A stretch of DNA of 53,358 nt from a virus (lineage: Duplodnaviria > Caudoviricetes): IMG/VR virus record IMGVR_UViG_3300011013_000016, positions 1 to 53,358 of that record; one strand, 5' to 3'. The position numbers and the translations under genes were made by a program. The notes under the pieces were generated by a model that was given only the letters and a program-made list of their open reading frames with translations, ran no database searches and was not told the origin of the DNA. Below, one piece after another: positions 37,418-47,236 of the stretch (positions are counted from its first letter, which is position 1; each line of letters opens with the position of its first letter).

Positions 37418-38452
37418 CTACTCCTGTTCGTTGGCGTGGATGACGACCTTGTTGGTCCTCATGTAGAAGCCTCCCTCCGTGGCCCGGACGGTCGCGTTGG
37501 GGAAGCAGTTGAAGGCGTGGCTGCACCAGCCACAGGGGAACCCGAGCTGGCCCTTGGTCTTCTTGCCCGTCTTGGGGGCGTAGGGCCGCGCTATGTCGTC
37601 CGGCTCGACCTCGATGGCGTGCGCGAACTTGGAGACCACGTACTGGAGGGCGGCCGGGTCGTAGCGGATCCACTGCCCATGGATGGGGGGCCGCTTGTTC
37701 CAGGTCCCGTCGTCGTGAGTCTCGGTGTCCCGGGCGGTGGTGGTCTTGCCGTACCCGATGATGTATGCCCACTCCACGGGACGCCGCCCCTCGTTCTCGG
37801 CAACCAGATTTTCGGCACCCATGTACGCCTGGGTTTGCCAGTAGTAGCTGTCCTCCTCGGTCAACCCCACAGAGCGGAACAGGCGGTAGCCGTAGTCGGC
37901 CATGCTCTTGACCTCCCAGACGCAGCGCACGTCCCGGTCGTGCCCGACCCCATCACGCATGAGGGGCACGGCCAGGAAGCCGTCCGGGTGTCCGTCGATT
38001 GTCACGTCTCCGACGGTGATCGAGACCTCGACCTGCCCCTGCCCCGTGTCCTCCAGCTCCAGTAGGCTCGACTCGGCGATGACCTCCTGCAGCACGGCGT
38101 TCAGCACGGACTCCGTCACATCCCCGATTGTGAAGGTGAGCTTGGAACCGGCGTCGATGTGGGACGGGTCCCAGTTGTGCCGCTTCACGGGCTCGACCCC
38201 GTGGGCGATGTAGCTCAGGTGCTTGACGCATCCGCCGGAACGGGACATGCGCAGCTTGGGCTTGGCGTCCCGCTTCTCCTCCACCTGGCGCAGGGCCTGC
38301 TTGGCGATGCTGGTCAGGTCGTGGTCGAACCGCAGTGGCTTGCCGTGTTCCAGCCGCTGCATGATCAGGTCGGCCAAGTCGGGCAACATGACGCCGGGTT
38401 CGACCTCGACGTAGCTGAGCTGGAAGGTGTGTAGTCCGAGCTGTGTGCCCAT
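37418..38452 (-). CDS. Cas4-like PD-(D/E)XK exonuclease with Fe-S cluster
   Basis: LRMSRSGGC, GHPDG, WEVKS, QTQAYM, PCGWCSHAFNC; start at ATG 38452. Confidence 0.85.
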   Translation of the reverse strand: MGTQLGLHTFQLSYVEVEPGVMLPDLADLIMQRLEHGKPLRFDHDLTSIAKQALRQVEEKRDAKPKLRMSRSGGCVKHLSYIAHGVEPVKRHNWDPSHIDAGSKLTFTIGDVTESVLNAVLQEVIAESSLLELEDTGQGQVEVSITVGDVTIDGHPDGFLAVPLMRDGVGHDRDVRCVWEVKSMADYGYRLFRSVGLTEEDSYYWQTQAYMGAENLVAENEGRRPVEWAYIIGYGKTTTARDTETHDDGTWNKRPPIHGQWIRYDPAALQYVVSKFAHAIEVEPDDIARPYAPKTGKKTKGQLGFPCGWCSHAFNCFPNATVRATEGGFYMRTNKVVIHANEQE

Positions 38453-38454
38453 GG

Positions 38455-38739
38455 CTACTCCAGGGTGTGAATGGTGTGAGCGATGACGAATGCCTCCCCG
38501 CACCGGTCCGTGGCGAGGCGCCCCTGGACCAGGACTCGGTCGGGCAGGGGGCAGCAGTCGTCGGCCAGGCGCCCGTACATGGTGACCTTGGCCAGCACGT
38601 CGTACCGGTCGCCCTTGCCCTTGGTTGGGTTCACGAGGGTGAACACCACCTTGCGCCCGCTGTCGTTGGATCCGCAGTCGGTCACGTCCTCGGGCATCCC
38701 GCCCAACACGATGGTGTTGGGGAAGTCGTTGCGGGTCAT
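38455..38739 (-). CDS. Second OB-fold protein (SSB/PriB-like, no tail)
   Basis: NTIVLGG...FTLVN...VTMYGRLA...RVLVQGRL...VIAHTI matches the SSB OB-fold pattern. Confidence 0.6.
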   Translation of the reverse strand: MTRNDFPNTIVLGGMPEDVTDCGSNDSGRKVVFTLVNPTKGKGDRYDVLAKVTMYGRLADDCCPLPDRVLVQGRLATDRCGEAFVIAHTIHTLE

Positions 38740-39620
38740 GCTGCACCTCCGGTGTCTACGTTGGGCTCTGGCGACTCGTGCCACTTGGTGCGCATCTCGT
38801 GAAGCCAGCGCAGCAGCCCGTTCCACCCGTCATCGGACTCCACGCCGGTCACGATCTTGTGGCTGGCGACTTTGAGCGCGTCGTTGCTCAGGCGGGCCGG
38901 GTCGTCCGGGCCCAGGATGAAGGCGTCCTTGCCCTCGAAAGACGAGGCGGCCATGATCAGGTCGGGCACCATGCTCAGGTGCATCCCTGCGCCGACGGCG
39001 TCTTTGCACGCCTCTCTCATGCGCTGGACGCGGCGGTCCCGGCTGTCCTCGATGTGGTGGACCCGGGCGTTGATGGTCAGCGTAGCCCGCTGCAGGTCTC
39101 GGATGGACGGGGCCATGGACCAGCCCTTGATGTTCTTCTTGCTGTCGTAGACGTTTACCAGCCGGCACTCGGGCACGCCCTTGGGCTTGTACTGGTGCAC
39201 GTCCACCATCGTCTTGGGCAAGGAGTACAGGTTCCGGCCGATGCCCCACTTCACACAGGCGCGCTTGAAGGCGTCCGACTCCCCGCCCTTGATGGCGATC
39301 CCTTTGTCACCACGCTGCTCCCGGGCATTCACACCGATGCCGGAGCGGGTGTACCACTTGTCCTTGATGCGGCAGGTGATCGTGCACTTGACCCCGTGCG
39401 GGCCCCACATTTCGCAGTCGTCCTGCCACCCGTCCCACCCGAAGGCCTCGTCGAGCCGGGCCATGCCTGCGCGCGCATCGATGTAGGCGAGGAGCCTGGC
39501 ACGGGGTGGCCCGCCATTCCTGCCCTGGTAGGTCTGGTCCACCCGCCACAGCGCCTCCTCGTCGAGGATGGGTCGGCTCAGGATGGCTCTGATTTCAGCC
39601 GGTGTCGGTGTCTTGGCCAC
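38736..39620 (-). CDS. Rad52/Rad22-family (Sak) single-strand annealing protein
   Basis: LAYIDAR...RLDEAFG..GWQ...KGGESDAFKRACVKWGIGRNLY; GTG 39620. Confidence 0.9.
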   Translation of the reverse strand: MAKTPTPAEIRAILSRPILDEEALWRVDQTYQGRNGGPPRARLLAYIDARAGMARLDEAFGWDGWQDDCEMWGPHGVKCTITCRIKDKWYTRSGIGVNAREQRGDKGIAIKGGESDAFKRACVKWGIGRNLYSLPKTMVDVHQYKPKGVPECRLVNVYDSKKNIKGWSMAPSIRDLQRATLTINARVHHIEDSRDRRVQRMREACKDAVGAGMHLSMVPDLIMAASSFEGKDAFILGPDDPARLSNDALKVASHKIVTGVESDDGWNGLLRWLHEMRTKWHESPEPNVDTGGAA

Positions 39621-39897
39621 GCGGGGCCTCCATCTGCTCCTGCTGTCTGTGTCGGAGCTTGAGGGTGCTGAGGAAGTCAGCCAGGGGCTGGTCAAACTCA
39701 TTGAGGGTCAGGCCCATGGCTGCGGCGTACTTGGTCCGCACGGGCCCGGAGATGGTGTTGCGCTTCCATTCCCGATCCATGCAGTTTCGAACCCCGGTCG
39801 GGTTGTACCCGGCCAACCTGTAGAGATCCCGCGGAGTCCGAAGGTCAGCGAGGGCAATGTAGGACCAGACCCGTGCCATGACCTCAGTGGTCTTCAC
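39595..39897 (-). CDS. Probable Cro/repressor-like HTH protein
   Basis: First gene of the replication operon at a divergent junction; KYAAAMGLTLNEF XRE-like tail. Confidence 0.45.
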   Translation of the reverse strand: MKTTEVMARVWSYIALADLRTPRDLYRLAGYNPTGVRNCMDREWKRNTISGPVRTKYAAAMGLTLNEFDQPLADFLSTLKLRHRQQEQMEAPRGQDTDTG

Positions 39898-39961
39898 AGC
39901 TCAGGCTCCATCGGAAGGTGGGCCAAGTCCGAACTCCCTGACCCCGGGAAATCATGGGGTC

Positions 39962-39970
39962 TGCTATAAG
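39962..39970 (+). promoter_or_regulatory. Extended -10 promoter TGcTATAAG, near-leaderless start at 39979
   Basis: Sequence match in divergent intergenic region; GACCCC...GGGGTC inverted repeat upstream. Confidence 0.4.
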
Positions 39971-39978
39971 GGTAGCCA

Positions 39979-40674
39979 GTGGTTACATCCCCGTCAAGAC
40001 CAGAACCTGTCCGGCCCTGTGTCGAGCTGGTTGCTGAGCTGGAGCACCTTCACGTCACCCGGCAGCTTCCCTACAAGTACAGGCGGGGCACCGGCTACAC
40101 CTGGAACCAGACGGTCATGTTCAACCTGCCCGAGTGGGCCTGGCCCTACTTCAGGCACGCCCGATCAAGGTGGGATCGCTACCTCTCCTGGCACCCAGAC
40201 ACCAGGGTGCTGTGGTTCTGTTGGCGGTACCGGACCACGGTAGAGGGCGCCGCTCACCGAAGGGACTACTGCAGGATTCGATATCTCATGGAGCACCAGC
40301 TCCCCGAGCTGAAGGCCGCCCATCCTGAGACGTGGATCGAAGTGCTCGACCAGATGGTTGACGCCTACCTGGAGCCATTCCCCCACGAGCCCAAGGCTCC
40401 GATGCCGAGGATGCCTGTGTTGGTGGGGTCATGGGAGGGGTTGTTGCTGTCCGTGAAGCACCAGCCAGGTCCCGGAGATGTCATCGACCGGCACCCGCAC
40501 CGACGCGTGTGTGTGTGTGCACACGAGGTACCAGTGGTGGCTGACCCGTGGTGGGTGCACAAGCTAGACCGCACCTCGTCCAGCCCCGCAAGGCGCGTGG
40601 TGGTCGACCACGCACCGCCCTGGCGTACGGAGGAAGAGTGGGCAAGAAGAGTGCAAGCCCGATCGATGTCGTGA
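39979..40674 (+). CDS. Hypothetical protein
   Basis: 231 aa Trp/Tyr/Arg-rich ORF. Confidence 0.55.
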   Translation: MVTSPSRPEPVRPCVELVAELEHLHVTRQLPYKYRRGTGYTWNQTVMFNLPEWAWPYFRHARSRWDRYLSWHPDTRVLWFCWRYRTTVEGAAHRRDYCRIRYLMEHQLPELKAAHPETWIEVLDQMVDAYLEPFPHEPKAPMPRMPVLVGSWEGLLLSVKHQPGPGDVIDRHPHRRVCVCAHEVPVVADPWWVHKLDRTSSSPARRVVVDHAPPWRTEEEWARRVQARSMS

Positions 40675-41792
40675 AGGAGACGGAGACGTTTCGTCTCGGG
40701 CGTGTGGAGATGAACGACTACGGCGCTGCCATGGCCACGTGGCGCCTGTCCAGGCTGAAACATGTGGGTGAGACGGACACCTTCACCGTGCGCCTGGTTG
40801 GGCCAATCCAGGTTGGGGTGCGCACCTATATGGTGGGTGTGATCCCCGGCCGAAAAGACATCTTCCTGGGGATGAACGGCAGGGTGTGGCGATTCCCTCG
40901 TCGAGTGCTGCTGACCGAAGCGCCAGCCCCACCCGCCAAGCCTCGACGCCACTGGTGGAAGTACCTGAGCCAGTGGGCGTGCGCCTTGCGGGAGTCCTGT
41001 GTGGACAGGATGGAGGTCGCCCCCGAGCAACGCCTGGGCAGTGCCGGACGGGAGGCGTACCAGAGCCTGGTGCGGAACCTTGTCTTTCGCTGCATCCTGG
41101 ATTGCGCATCGTTCGGCCTGGCCCGTACACCCCACACGCTGGCAAAGTGTGTGTCTCCGCACTGGACGGAGTGGGACTTGCTCTCGCCCGTGGTGCCCAC
41201 GGTGCGCCATGCACTCATGCTCTCGCTCCTGCTCGCTCTGCGGGACACGGAGGCCGGCGACCTGTTGGAGCTGGCTGGATTCTGCGAGTACAGGTGCACG
41301 CTGATCACCCGGCAGACGGGCATGGTCATGTACCGGGAGGCCGCACAGCAGCTCGCACGGCTGTGTCCGGAGTGGTGGACGGCGGGCTACGCCACAGACT
41401 GGGCACTGTACGGCAGCATCGAGCAGCGCATGAGGCGGCAGTTCACACGCATCGTGCATGAGGCCGAGCGGGTAGACAGCGCCGCGTACGCAGTGGCAGG
41501 CGTGCATGTGCAGGCAGCTGTCAAGCGCGCCTACGAGGAGCAGGCCCACGTGCGGCGGGAGACGTCCGAGGCCACGAAGGAGCGCATTGCCAAGCTACGG
41601 GCGTGGCACGCGATGTCGCGCGAGGAGCAGGATGTGCTGCGTGCACAGCGTGCACAGCGTGCACAGCGTGAAGAGCGCCAGGCGGAGACACACACGAGAG
41701 AGGAGCCGCCGCCGCTCCTTGGTCTCGGGATGCTCAGCCTCCACGGATCTGGTCGGGAAGCGGATCGAGAGGGTTCACTTGACGGCGGGTAA
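40671..41792 (+). CDS. Hypothetical protein
   Basis: GTG 40671 overlaps upstream TGA; GTGCACAGC x3 (RAQ repeats) at 41641. Confidence 0.6.
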   Translation: MKETETFRLGRVEMNDYGAAMATWRLSRLKHVGETDTFTVRLVGPIQVGVRTYMVGVIPGRKDIFLGMNGRVWRFPRRVLLTEAPAPPAKPRRHWWKYLSQWACALRESCVDRMEVAPEQRLGSAGREAYQSLVRNLVFRCILDCASFGLARTPHTLAKCVSPHWTEWDLLSPVVPTVRHALMLSLLLALRDTEAGDLLELAGFCEYRCTLITRQTGMVMYREAAQQLARLCPEWWTAGYATDWALYGSIEQRMRRQFTRIVHEAERVDSAAYAVAGVHVQAAVKRAYEEQAHVRRETSEATKERIAKLRAWHAMSREEQDVLRAQRAQRAQREERQAETHTREEPPPLLGLGMLSLHGSGREADREGSLDGG

Positions 41793-41807
41793 CTCTGGGG
41801 ATACCTT
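41779..41807 (+). promoter_or_regulatory. Sigma70-type promoter TTGACG-N17-TACCTT with operator-like GTAACTCTGGGGATAC (41789-41804)
   Basis: Read directly; same architecture as promoter at 5956-5984. Confidence 0.65.
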
Positions 41808-41870
41808 GTCAGGGCCAGGGGGTGTTCCCTTGGCACCGACGGACTGGGCCGGACCCCAGAAGGAGCACAC

Positions 41871-43409
41871 ATGGCGTACGACCTGTACGACCTGAACGAG
41901 AGCGACCGAAGCGAGGGGCCGTGGCCCACAGTGCAGCCGGCGATGGCCCGGTACCACGAGCTGGGCTACCCCACACACATCACGATCCGTGAGTGCAAGG
42001 ACGAGCCCGCACCGGACCCCGAGGACTTCGACCCCGAGGACGAGTTCGACCCCGAGGACGACACGGCCGCGCAGGGCTGGGGCGTGGACCCGAGCAGTGT
42101 GCCGGCCAGGGTGGTGCGCACCGTGGGCAAGGTGTGCTTCACGGTGGGTGACGAGGATGGCGTGAGCGAGGTGGCTCGGCTGCGTATCGAGCGGCACCAA
42201 CAGGTGCTGAACCGGATGGGCCTGGCGACCCCGCCGCCCGTGTTCGCTGCAGGCACTCGGGTCCGCAGCGACGGAGCGCAGCGCTTCACGGAGTTTCGCC
42301 AGGCGTGGGAGGAGATGCCCACGGTGGCCGAGGCGGTGCATGGCTTTGCCGCCTGCATTGCTCGTGAAGACCGGGAGCAGCACACCTTCAACCTGGGCGA
42401 TCTGCGCATGAACGATGACGGGACCGTGCAGGTGCCCGGCAACGGCACAGTGCCGTTCGAGCCCCGTGCCCTGCGCAAGGTGCTGAGCGTGACCCGCAAG
42501 GGAGACCACGCCCCGGCATCGGACTACAGCGGGGTGTTCCACAAGGCGGGCCCATTCCTGTCGGACCTGGAGCCGGACGAACGGGCCTGGATCGTGAACA
42601 AGCGCATGGCGCTGGCTGACCGTGACCAGCGGGTCATGTTGCACACCCGCCACAACGCCGATGCTGTCGGGGGGCGGAGCGCCTACGCAGTGACCGGTGC
42701 TGGCTACGCACTGCTCCCTGCAGACCAGCTCTTGCAGGGAGCGATCCAGGGCGTGGACATGCGTGGTGCCAAGGCGCGCATCACGTACAACCCTGACACC
42801 ACCTACGTGAAGATGGACGCCACGTGGGTGCCGGACAACTTCACGGACCTGGCTGCCGGGGACGCGTTCAAGGCGGGGATGCGCTTGTACACGAAGGACG
42901 ACGGCGGAGGGAGCATCCGAGGGGGCGGCATCGTGGAGGTGAACCGCTGCCGGAACCTGATCATCCTGGCCAAGGCGTATGCGGAGAGCTTCCGGTTCGC
43001 ACACAAGGGGGACCTGAGCGACATGGCCGCCCGGGTGGCGGACGGGTTCGGCGAGATCGTGCGGGGCTTCGCCCCGATGCTGGAGGACTGGGAGTTCGTG
43101 GAGTCCAAGCCCATCGCAGACGTGGAGCTGTGGGGCGAGCGCTTCCTGTCCGTGCCCGATGCGCTGACGTGGGCCGTGGAGAACGGCAAGCTCGCACAGG
43201 ACCTGAGCGACAAGGTGGCCCTCGAAGCCCTGCTCGGGGGCTACGCTGCGGAGCAGGCCGCCGGGTTCACCCGGGGCACGCTCACGGACATCGTGGACGC
43301 CGTGACCCGGGCCGCCTGGAACACGGCCCTGGACGAGATGCAGCAGCACCTCCTGGAGCGGGAAGCCGGGCTGCTTGTCCCCGTGCTCGTCGGAGCGGCG
43401 CAGGCGTAG
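41871..43409 (+). CDS. DUF932-like protein with acidic N-terminal extension
   Basis: RSAYAVTGAGY, TKDDGGGSI...NRCRNLII motifs; AAGGAG RBS; DPED repeats at 42015-42062. Confidence 0.65.
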   Translation: MAYDLYDLNESDRSEGPWPTVQPAMARYHELGYPTHITIRECKDEPAPDPEDFDPEDEFDPEDDTAAQGWGVDPSSVPARVVRTVGKVCFTVGDEDGVSEVARLRIERHQQVLNRMGLATPPPVFAAGTRVRSDGAQRFTEFRQAWEEMPTVAEAVHGFAACIAREDREQHTFNLGDLRMNDDGTVQVPGNGTVPFEPRALRKVLSVTRKGDHAPASDYSGVFHKAGPFLSDLEPDERAWIVNKRMALADRDQRVMLHTRHNADAVGGRSAYAVTGAGYALLPADQLLQGAIQGVDMRGAKARITYNPDTTYVKMDATWVPDNFTDLAAGDAFKAGMRLYTKDDGGGSIRGGGIVEVNRCRNLIILAKAYAESFRFAHKGDLSDMAARVADGFGEIVRGFAPMLEDWEFVESKPIADVELWGERFLSVPDALTWAVENGKLAQDLSDKVALEALLGGYAAEQAAGFTRGTLTDIVDAVTRAAWNTALDEMQQHLLEREAGLLVPVLVGAAQA

Positions 43410-43581
43410 CCATACCGCTTTGCGACCCCGTGAGCACAGGCCACGGGGTGTGGCTGTAGGGAACCTGGCTACCTGCCTCGCCGGGAATACTCTTCCACAC
43501 CCCGTGGCCCTTGCCCACCCCCCGTGCAGCACCGCACCCACGCTGCACGGGGGACACAACCCGGGTGCACGGAGAGAAGAC

Positions 43582-44175
43582 ATGGCCCTCATCATCAACA
43601 CGGACGCTGTGACAGGCGTGACCTGTCTGCAGGCGGACGGCAAGCTGACCGAGCTGGCGAAGGGGATGGGCATCGCCCTCGTCGGCGCCGGCATCTCGGA
43701 GATCACGGAGGAGAACGCGGCGGAGGTGTACATGCGCATCCACGCGATCGAGACCCTCGGCGGCAAGCTGTTCGGCGGCAAGGATCCCGAGCTGGTCACA
43801 CTGGCGGAGGTGCGGCAGCACACCGGCTTGCGCATCAACGCCCACGAAGAGCCGTTGGCCGAGTGGTGGTACCGGATCCGCAGCAGCTACAAGAGCGGGC
43901 CCCGTGTCTCGTTCGACGAGCACAGCTTCGGGTTGTGCAGGCACCTGCTCACCTGCATGACCGCACACCTGGAGACCCTGCAGGACAAGCTCGGCTACTT
44001 CAGCAGCGAGCACGAGCGCCTGGATGACCGGCGCTACACGCTGACCGAGCGCATAAAGCTCCAGGTCGTGAACCTGGCCACCCTCGTGGGCGAGATCGAG
44101 CAGGCATACTCGTGGGGCGAGCCCGAGCGCGAGTGCCACCACCTGGACCACCACGACGCCCGCAGGGAGGACTGA
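43582..44175 (+). CDS. Hypothetical early protein
   Basis: ATG after GGAGAGAAGAC; GISEITEENAAEVYMRI...HTGLRIN. Confidence 0.65.
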   Translation: MALIINTDAVTGVTCLQADGKLTELAKGMGIALVGAGISEITEENAAEVYMRIHAIETLGGKLFGGKDPELVTLAEVRQHTGLRINAHEEPLAEWWYRIRSSYKSGPRVSFDEHSFGLCRHLLTCMTAHLETLQDKLGYFSSEHERLDDRRYTLTERIKLQVVNLATLVGEIEQAYSWGEPERECHHLDHHDARRED

Positions 44176-44237
44176 GCGATGACTGCAACCTGGTTCGACA
44201 TCCTGCCCGACATCCCGCTCGCTCGGGGGGTGCGCTG

Positions 44238-44552
44238 ATGTGCTATTCCACCGCCGAGGTCAACTCCCTCGCTCGTGACTATGGCTGCCGGTTCATCTAC
44301 CGGCAGTACCCGGACGGCATCCCACTGTTCAACTCTAAGGGCTCTGTCTTCACCGATGATGGAACCGAGTCCGTCCGCCTCAGGTTCACTGACGGTGGGT
44401 GGGCGGTCGACGGCGATCACGAGGATGAACAACTCGGAGATCGCTCCCACCTGTTCTGTCGGTCGCTGATCCGGCGGAGGCTCCTGTCCGCCGACTACGG
44501 CTTTTGTCTTGATGATCTCGTTGACGACGAAGACAAGGAGCCCCGGCCATGA
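44238..44552 (+). CDS. Hypothetical protein
   Basis: TGATG coupling to 19-codon ORF 44179-44238. Confidence 0.5.
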   Translation: MCYSTAEVNSLARDYGCRFIYRQYPDGIPLFNSKGSVFTDDGTESVRLRFTDGGWAVDGDHEDEQLGDRSHLFCRSLIRRRLLSADYGFCLDDLVDDEDKEPRP

Positions 44553-44866
44553 TCTTCCCATGCGACAAGTGCCTTGCTCGTGAGGCGTATAGCGACGGCT
44601 CCTGCGACTGTTCCGTGAACGCTAGGCGCTTCCTGATCATCGAGGAGGGGGGCGTGTACGGGGGCCACAGCCCGGGCACGCACCCGACCACGGCGTGGTC
44701 CATGCGTCGTGTCGTCCGCATCCAGCACACGACCAGGCGGTGCCGCCCGGTCACACTCGTGACGTGGGAGCCGGTCGGGCCGGTCCCCGCGAAGTCCCAC
44801 TACACGAGCCGGGTGATCTCCATGCACTCGTTCCAGCGGTGGGCGAAGGAGGTGACCCGTGCGTAG
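44549..44866 (+). CDS. Hypothetical protein
   Basis: AAGGAG RBS, ATGA coupling. Confidence 0.55.
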   Translation: MIFPCDKCLAREAYSDGSCDCSVNARRFLIIEEGGVYGGHSPGTHPTTAWSMRRVVRIQHTTRRCRPVTLVTWEPVGPVPAKSHYTSRVISMHSFQRWAKEVTRA

Positions 44867-45563
44867 GGACGGCAGCTTCAGCCTGAAGGTGAGCGACACC
44901 CGCTACGTGTGGTCGCCCGTGGATGTGAGCGTGGACCTGGCGAGCGGCCTGTCTGACCGGGCTGGTTGGCGATGCGATGCGCTGCCCGGCCTGCTCGTGT
45001 ACTACACGCACCGGGCGCCGAACGACCGGTTTGACGGGAACCTGCCGAGTACCGTGAGTGCGTGCCACCACGAGCACGGCACCCGGTGCTGTAGCCCCGG
45101 CAGTCGGCCAACCGTTGTGCGGAGGGTCGTGTACCTGCACCTGCACACGAGCGTGGACTGGTCTGCGCCGCAGGAGATCGTGGTCAAAGCTGCGCAGCTG
45201 GACGGGGACCGCACGACGATCTCCGACATCCTTCGGGACGACTTCCGACCGCCCATGCCCGTGCCCGTCCTGCTTGAGCAGCACGGCGACGTGTGGAGCT
45301 ACAGCAAGGAGCTGACCCAGCACTTGCGCAAGGTCGCAAAGGCCGAGGTCCTGCGCATTGCTGGGCAGGAGTACCGGCTCGACAACAAGGCGTCTCTCCG
45401 TGCCTGCGCAAAGTACCTGGACACCCTTCGGGGCGCGCCATGTACCGTGGTGGCCGGCATGGTGGACGAAGAGGAGTGTGCCGTGCACGTGCATGTGGTT
45501 CACCCGACAGGCAGCGCCTCCTTCAACCTGCATCTTGTGTGCGTGGGGGTGTCCGATGCGTAG
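44859..45563 (+). CDS. Hypothetical protein
   Basis: AAGGAGGT RBS, GTG start. Confidence 0.55.
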   Translation: MRRDGSFSLKVSDTRYVWSPVDVSVDLASGLSDRAGWRCDALPGLLVYYTHRAPNDRFDGNLPSTVSACHHEHGTRCCSPGSRPTVVRRVVYLHLHTSVDWSAPQEIVVKAAQLDGDRTTISDILRDDFRPPMPVPVLLEQHGDVWSYSKELTQHLRKVAKAEVLRIAGQEYRLDNKASLRACAKYLDTLRGAPCTVVAGMVDEEECAVHVHVVHPTGSASFNLHLVCVGVSDA

Positions 45564-46092
45564 CTGTGGAGCCTGCAACGCCTGCTGTGTGACGCACAAG
45601 GTGAACGGTGTGTCCGGGCTAGCCTACCCGCACGACGTGAAGCCCTGCGGCCAGGCGTGTAGCCACCTGCACCCCGGCAAGCGCACCCGACGGTGCCGTG
45701 TGTACGAGACCAGACCAGCTGGTTGTCGCACCTTCCAGTGCCTGTGGCTGGCCGGCATCCTGCCCGAGCACATGCGCCCGGACCGAAAGGGTGTGGGCGT
45801 AGTGCTCGACGTGGACGGTGTGTACGAGGACGTGGACGGTGCGCCTACTCTGCGCGAGCACATCGTGAAGGTGTGGGAGCTGTACCAGGGCGCCGCTTCC
45901 AATCCCCTCGTGCGGGAGACCGTGCGTGTGCTCGTCGAGGGCCAGGGTGTCCCGGTCTTCGTCATGCACAAGGGCTGCATCATGGAGGTGCACGCACCCG
46001 AGGGCAGCCACACCGAGCGCATGATTCGGGAGCGTGGAGGGGACCTGCGCGAAGTAGGCTTCCTGGACACGCACCCGGGAGGTGGCCTGTGA
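45556..46092 (+). CDS. YkgJ-like cysteine-cluster (Fe-S/Zn) protein
   Basis: CGACNACC...CSHL...CRVYETRPAGCRTFQCLWL. Confidence 0.8.
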   Translation: MRSCGACNACCVTHKVNGVSGLAYPHDVKPCGQACSHLHPGKRTRRCRVYETRPAGCRTFQCLWLAGILPEHMRPDRKGVGVVLDVDGVYEDVDGAPTLREHIVKVWELYQGAASNPLVRETVRVLVEGQGVPVFVMHKGCIMEVHAPEGSHTERMIRERGGDLREVGFLDTHPGGGL

Positions 46093-46226
46093 TCTGGCCC
46101 ACACTCATGCTGGCCTGTGCCTGCGGGGGCGTCACGTCTATGCAGGCGAGTGCGCACGAGATCGTGATCACAGTCCTGATCACAGGCGCACTCATGCTAT
46201 GGAGTGCGTGCAACGACGGGCTGTAG
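46089..46226 (+). CDS. Small membrane protein
   Basis: GTGA coupling, GGAGGT RBS, two hydrophobic stretches. Confidence 0.4.
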   Translation: MIWPTLMLACACGGVTSMQASAHEIVITVLITGALMLWSACNDGL

Positions 46227-46320
46227 GTACATATATGCTACACATGCACACGGCGGGGCCGGTCACATCTATTCGATGTCCGGCGCCGCAAATGCCTGTA
46301 ATCCATGAGTTCACCGCTCG

Positions 46321-46329
46321 TGGTATGAT
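46321..46329 (+). promoter_or_regulatory. Extended -10 promoter TGgTATGAT
   Basis: Intergenic; followed by CCCCTG...CAGGGG hairpin and RBS. Confidence 0.45.
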
Positions 46330-46393
46330 GATGCTCCCCTGTTCGGACCGGCCGACAGCAGGGGTCAACCACTGGCCGGATGGAGAGAGACAC

Positions 46394-47023
46394 ATGGAAC
46401 ACACAAACACGACACCCGCCCACTCCCCTGCACAGGCAGCGCTTGTGCTCGTCCGAAGGCTGGCCGGCACCACGGAGCGGCTCTTTGGTGGGCAGTGGAC
46501 GGGTATTGACTGGAGCCCCGGCGCCCTGCAGCGCTTGGGTGAGTGCATGGGGCTGATCATGGGTGTGAGCCTGTACGACGAGCCCCGCGCGGAGAGCCTG
46601 GCGCTGGATCTGGTGTCCTGCCTGGACCGGCTCAACACGTACGGTGGTGTGGACGACGAGGGCCGGCGCCTGTACCGGGTCCGCCTGTGCAGTGACGGCT
46701 CGTTGTGCGGCTTCAGCGTGTACTGGAACCGCCTGTGCACTCACACCAAGTGCGTAGACAGCGACGCCCTCAGGAAGGAGTGGGCGGAGCGCAAGGACAA
46801 CCCAGACCTGCGTGGACTGTGGATTCGCAGGGACTGGTACACGAAGAAGTGGCGGCCCCTGCACAACAGCGAGCGAGTCGTGGGTGTGGACAATGACGTG
46901 TGGGCAGACGGCTACGCCATGTACGTGATGGCCTTCAACGGTGGGCTGCTCTTCCACGGGTTCGGACACGACCCGCTTGCTGTGCAGGTGGGCACTGCCC
47001 GAGCGTGGAGCCTGCACACGTAG
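46394..47023 (+). CDS. Phage protein with DUF4120-like C-terminus
   Basis: NGGLLFHG...LAV...AWSLHT terminal motif; GGAGAGAGAC RBS. Confidence 0.6.
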   Translation: MEHTNTTPAHSPAQAALVLVRRLAGTTERLFGGQWTGIDWSPGALQRLGECMGLIMGVSLYDEPRAESLALDLVSCLDRLNTYGGVDDEGRRLYRVRLCSDGSLCGFSVYWNRLCTHTKCVDSDALRKEWAERKDNPDLRGLWIRRDWYTKKWRPLHNSERVVGVDNDVWADGYAMYVMAFNGGLLFHGFGHDPLAVQVGTARAWSLHT

Positions 47024-47124
47024 GAGCACAAGGGCCGGGCACAAGCGGCCCGGCCCCGCTGCTCCGTCCACGGGGGTTTGCACTCAACCCCGTGGGCACA
47101 ACACCGAGTGCACGGAGAGAAGAC

Positions 47125-47211
47125 ATGACCCTGGAAACCCTGAAGCTCTACACCCTGGCGCTGTGCTGCGCCGCACTGTATGTGGCGCCTTTTGCCCTCG
47201 GGAGCCTGTGA
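47125..47211 (+). CDS. 28 aa hydrophobic peptide
   Basis: Same 20-nt leader as the 43582 gene; single TM-like stretch. Confidence 0.5.
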   Translation: MTLETLKLYTLALCCAALYVAPFALGSL

Positions 47212-47236
47212 TGACCTTCTGGCCGGAGGGCGTGTG

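Noticed and set aside
37418-38452. CRISPR-Cas system based on the Cas4-like gene
   Set aside because: Solo nuclease within a Sak/SSB recombination operon, which is common in phages.
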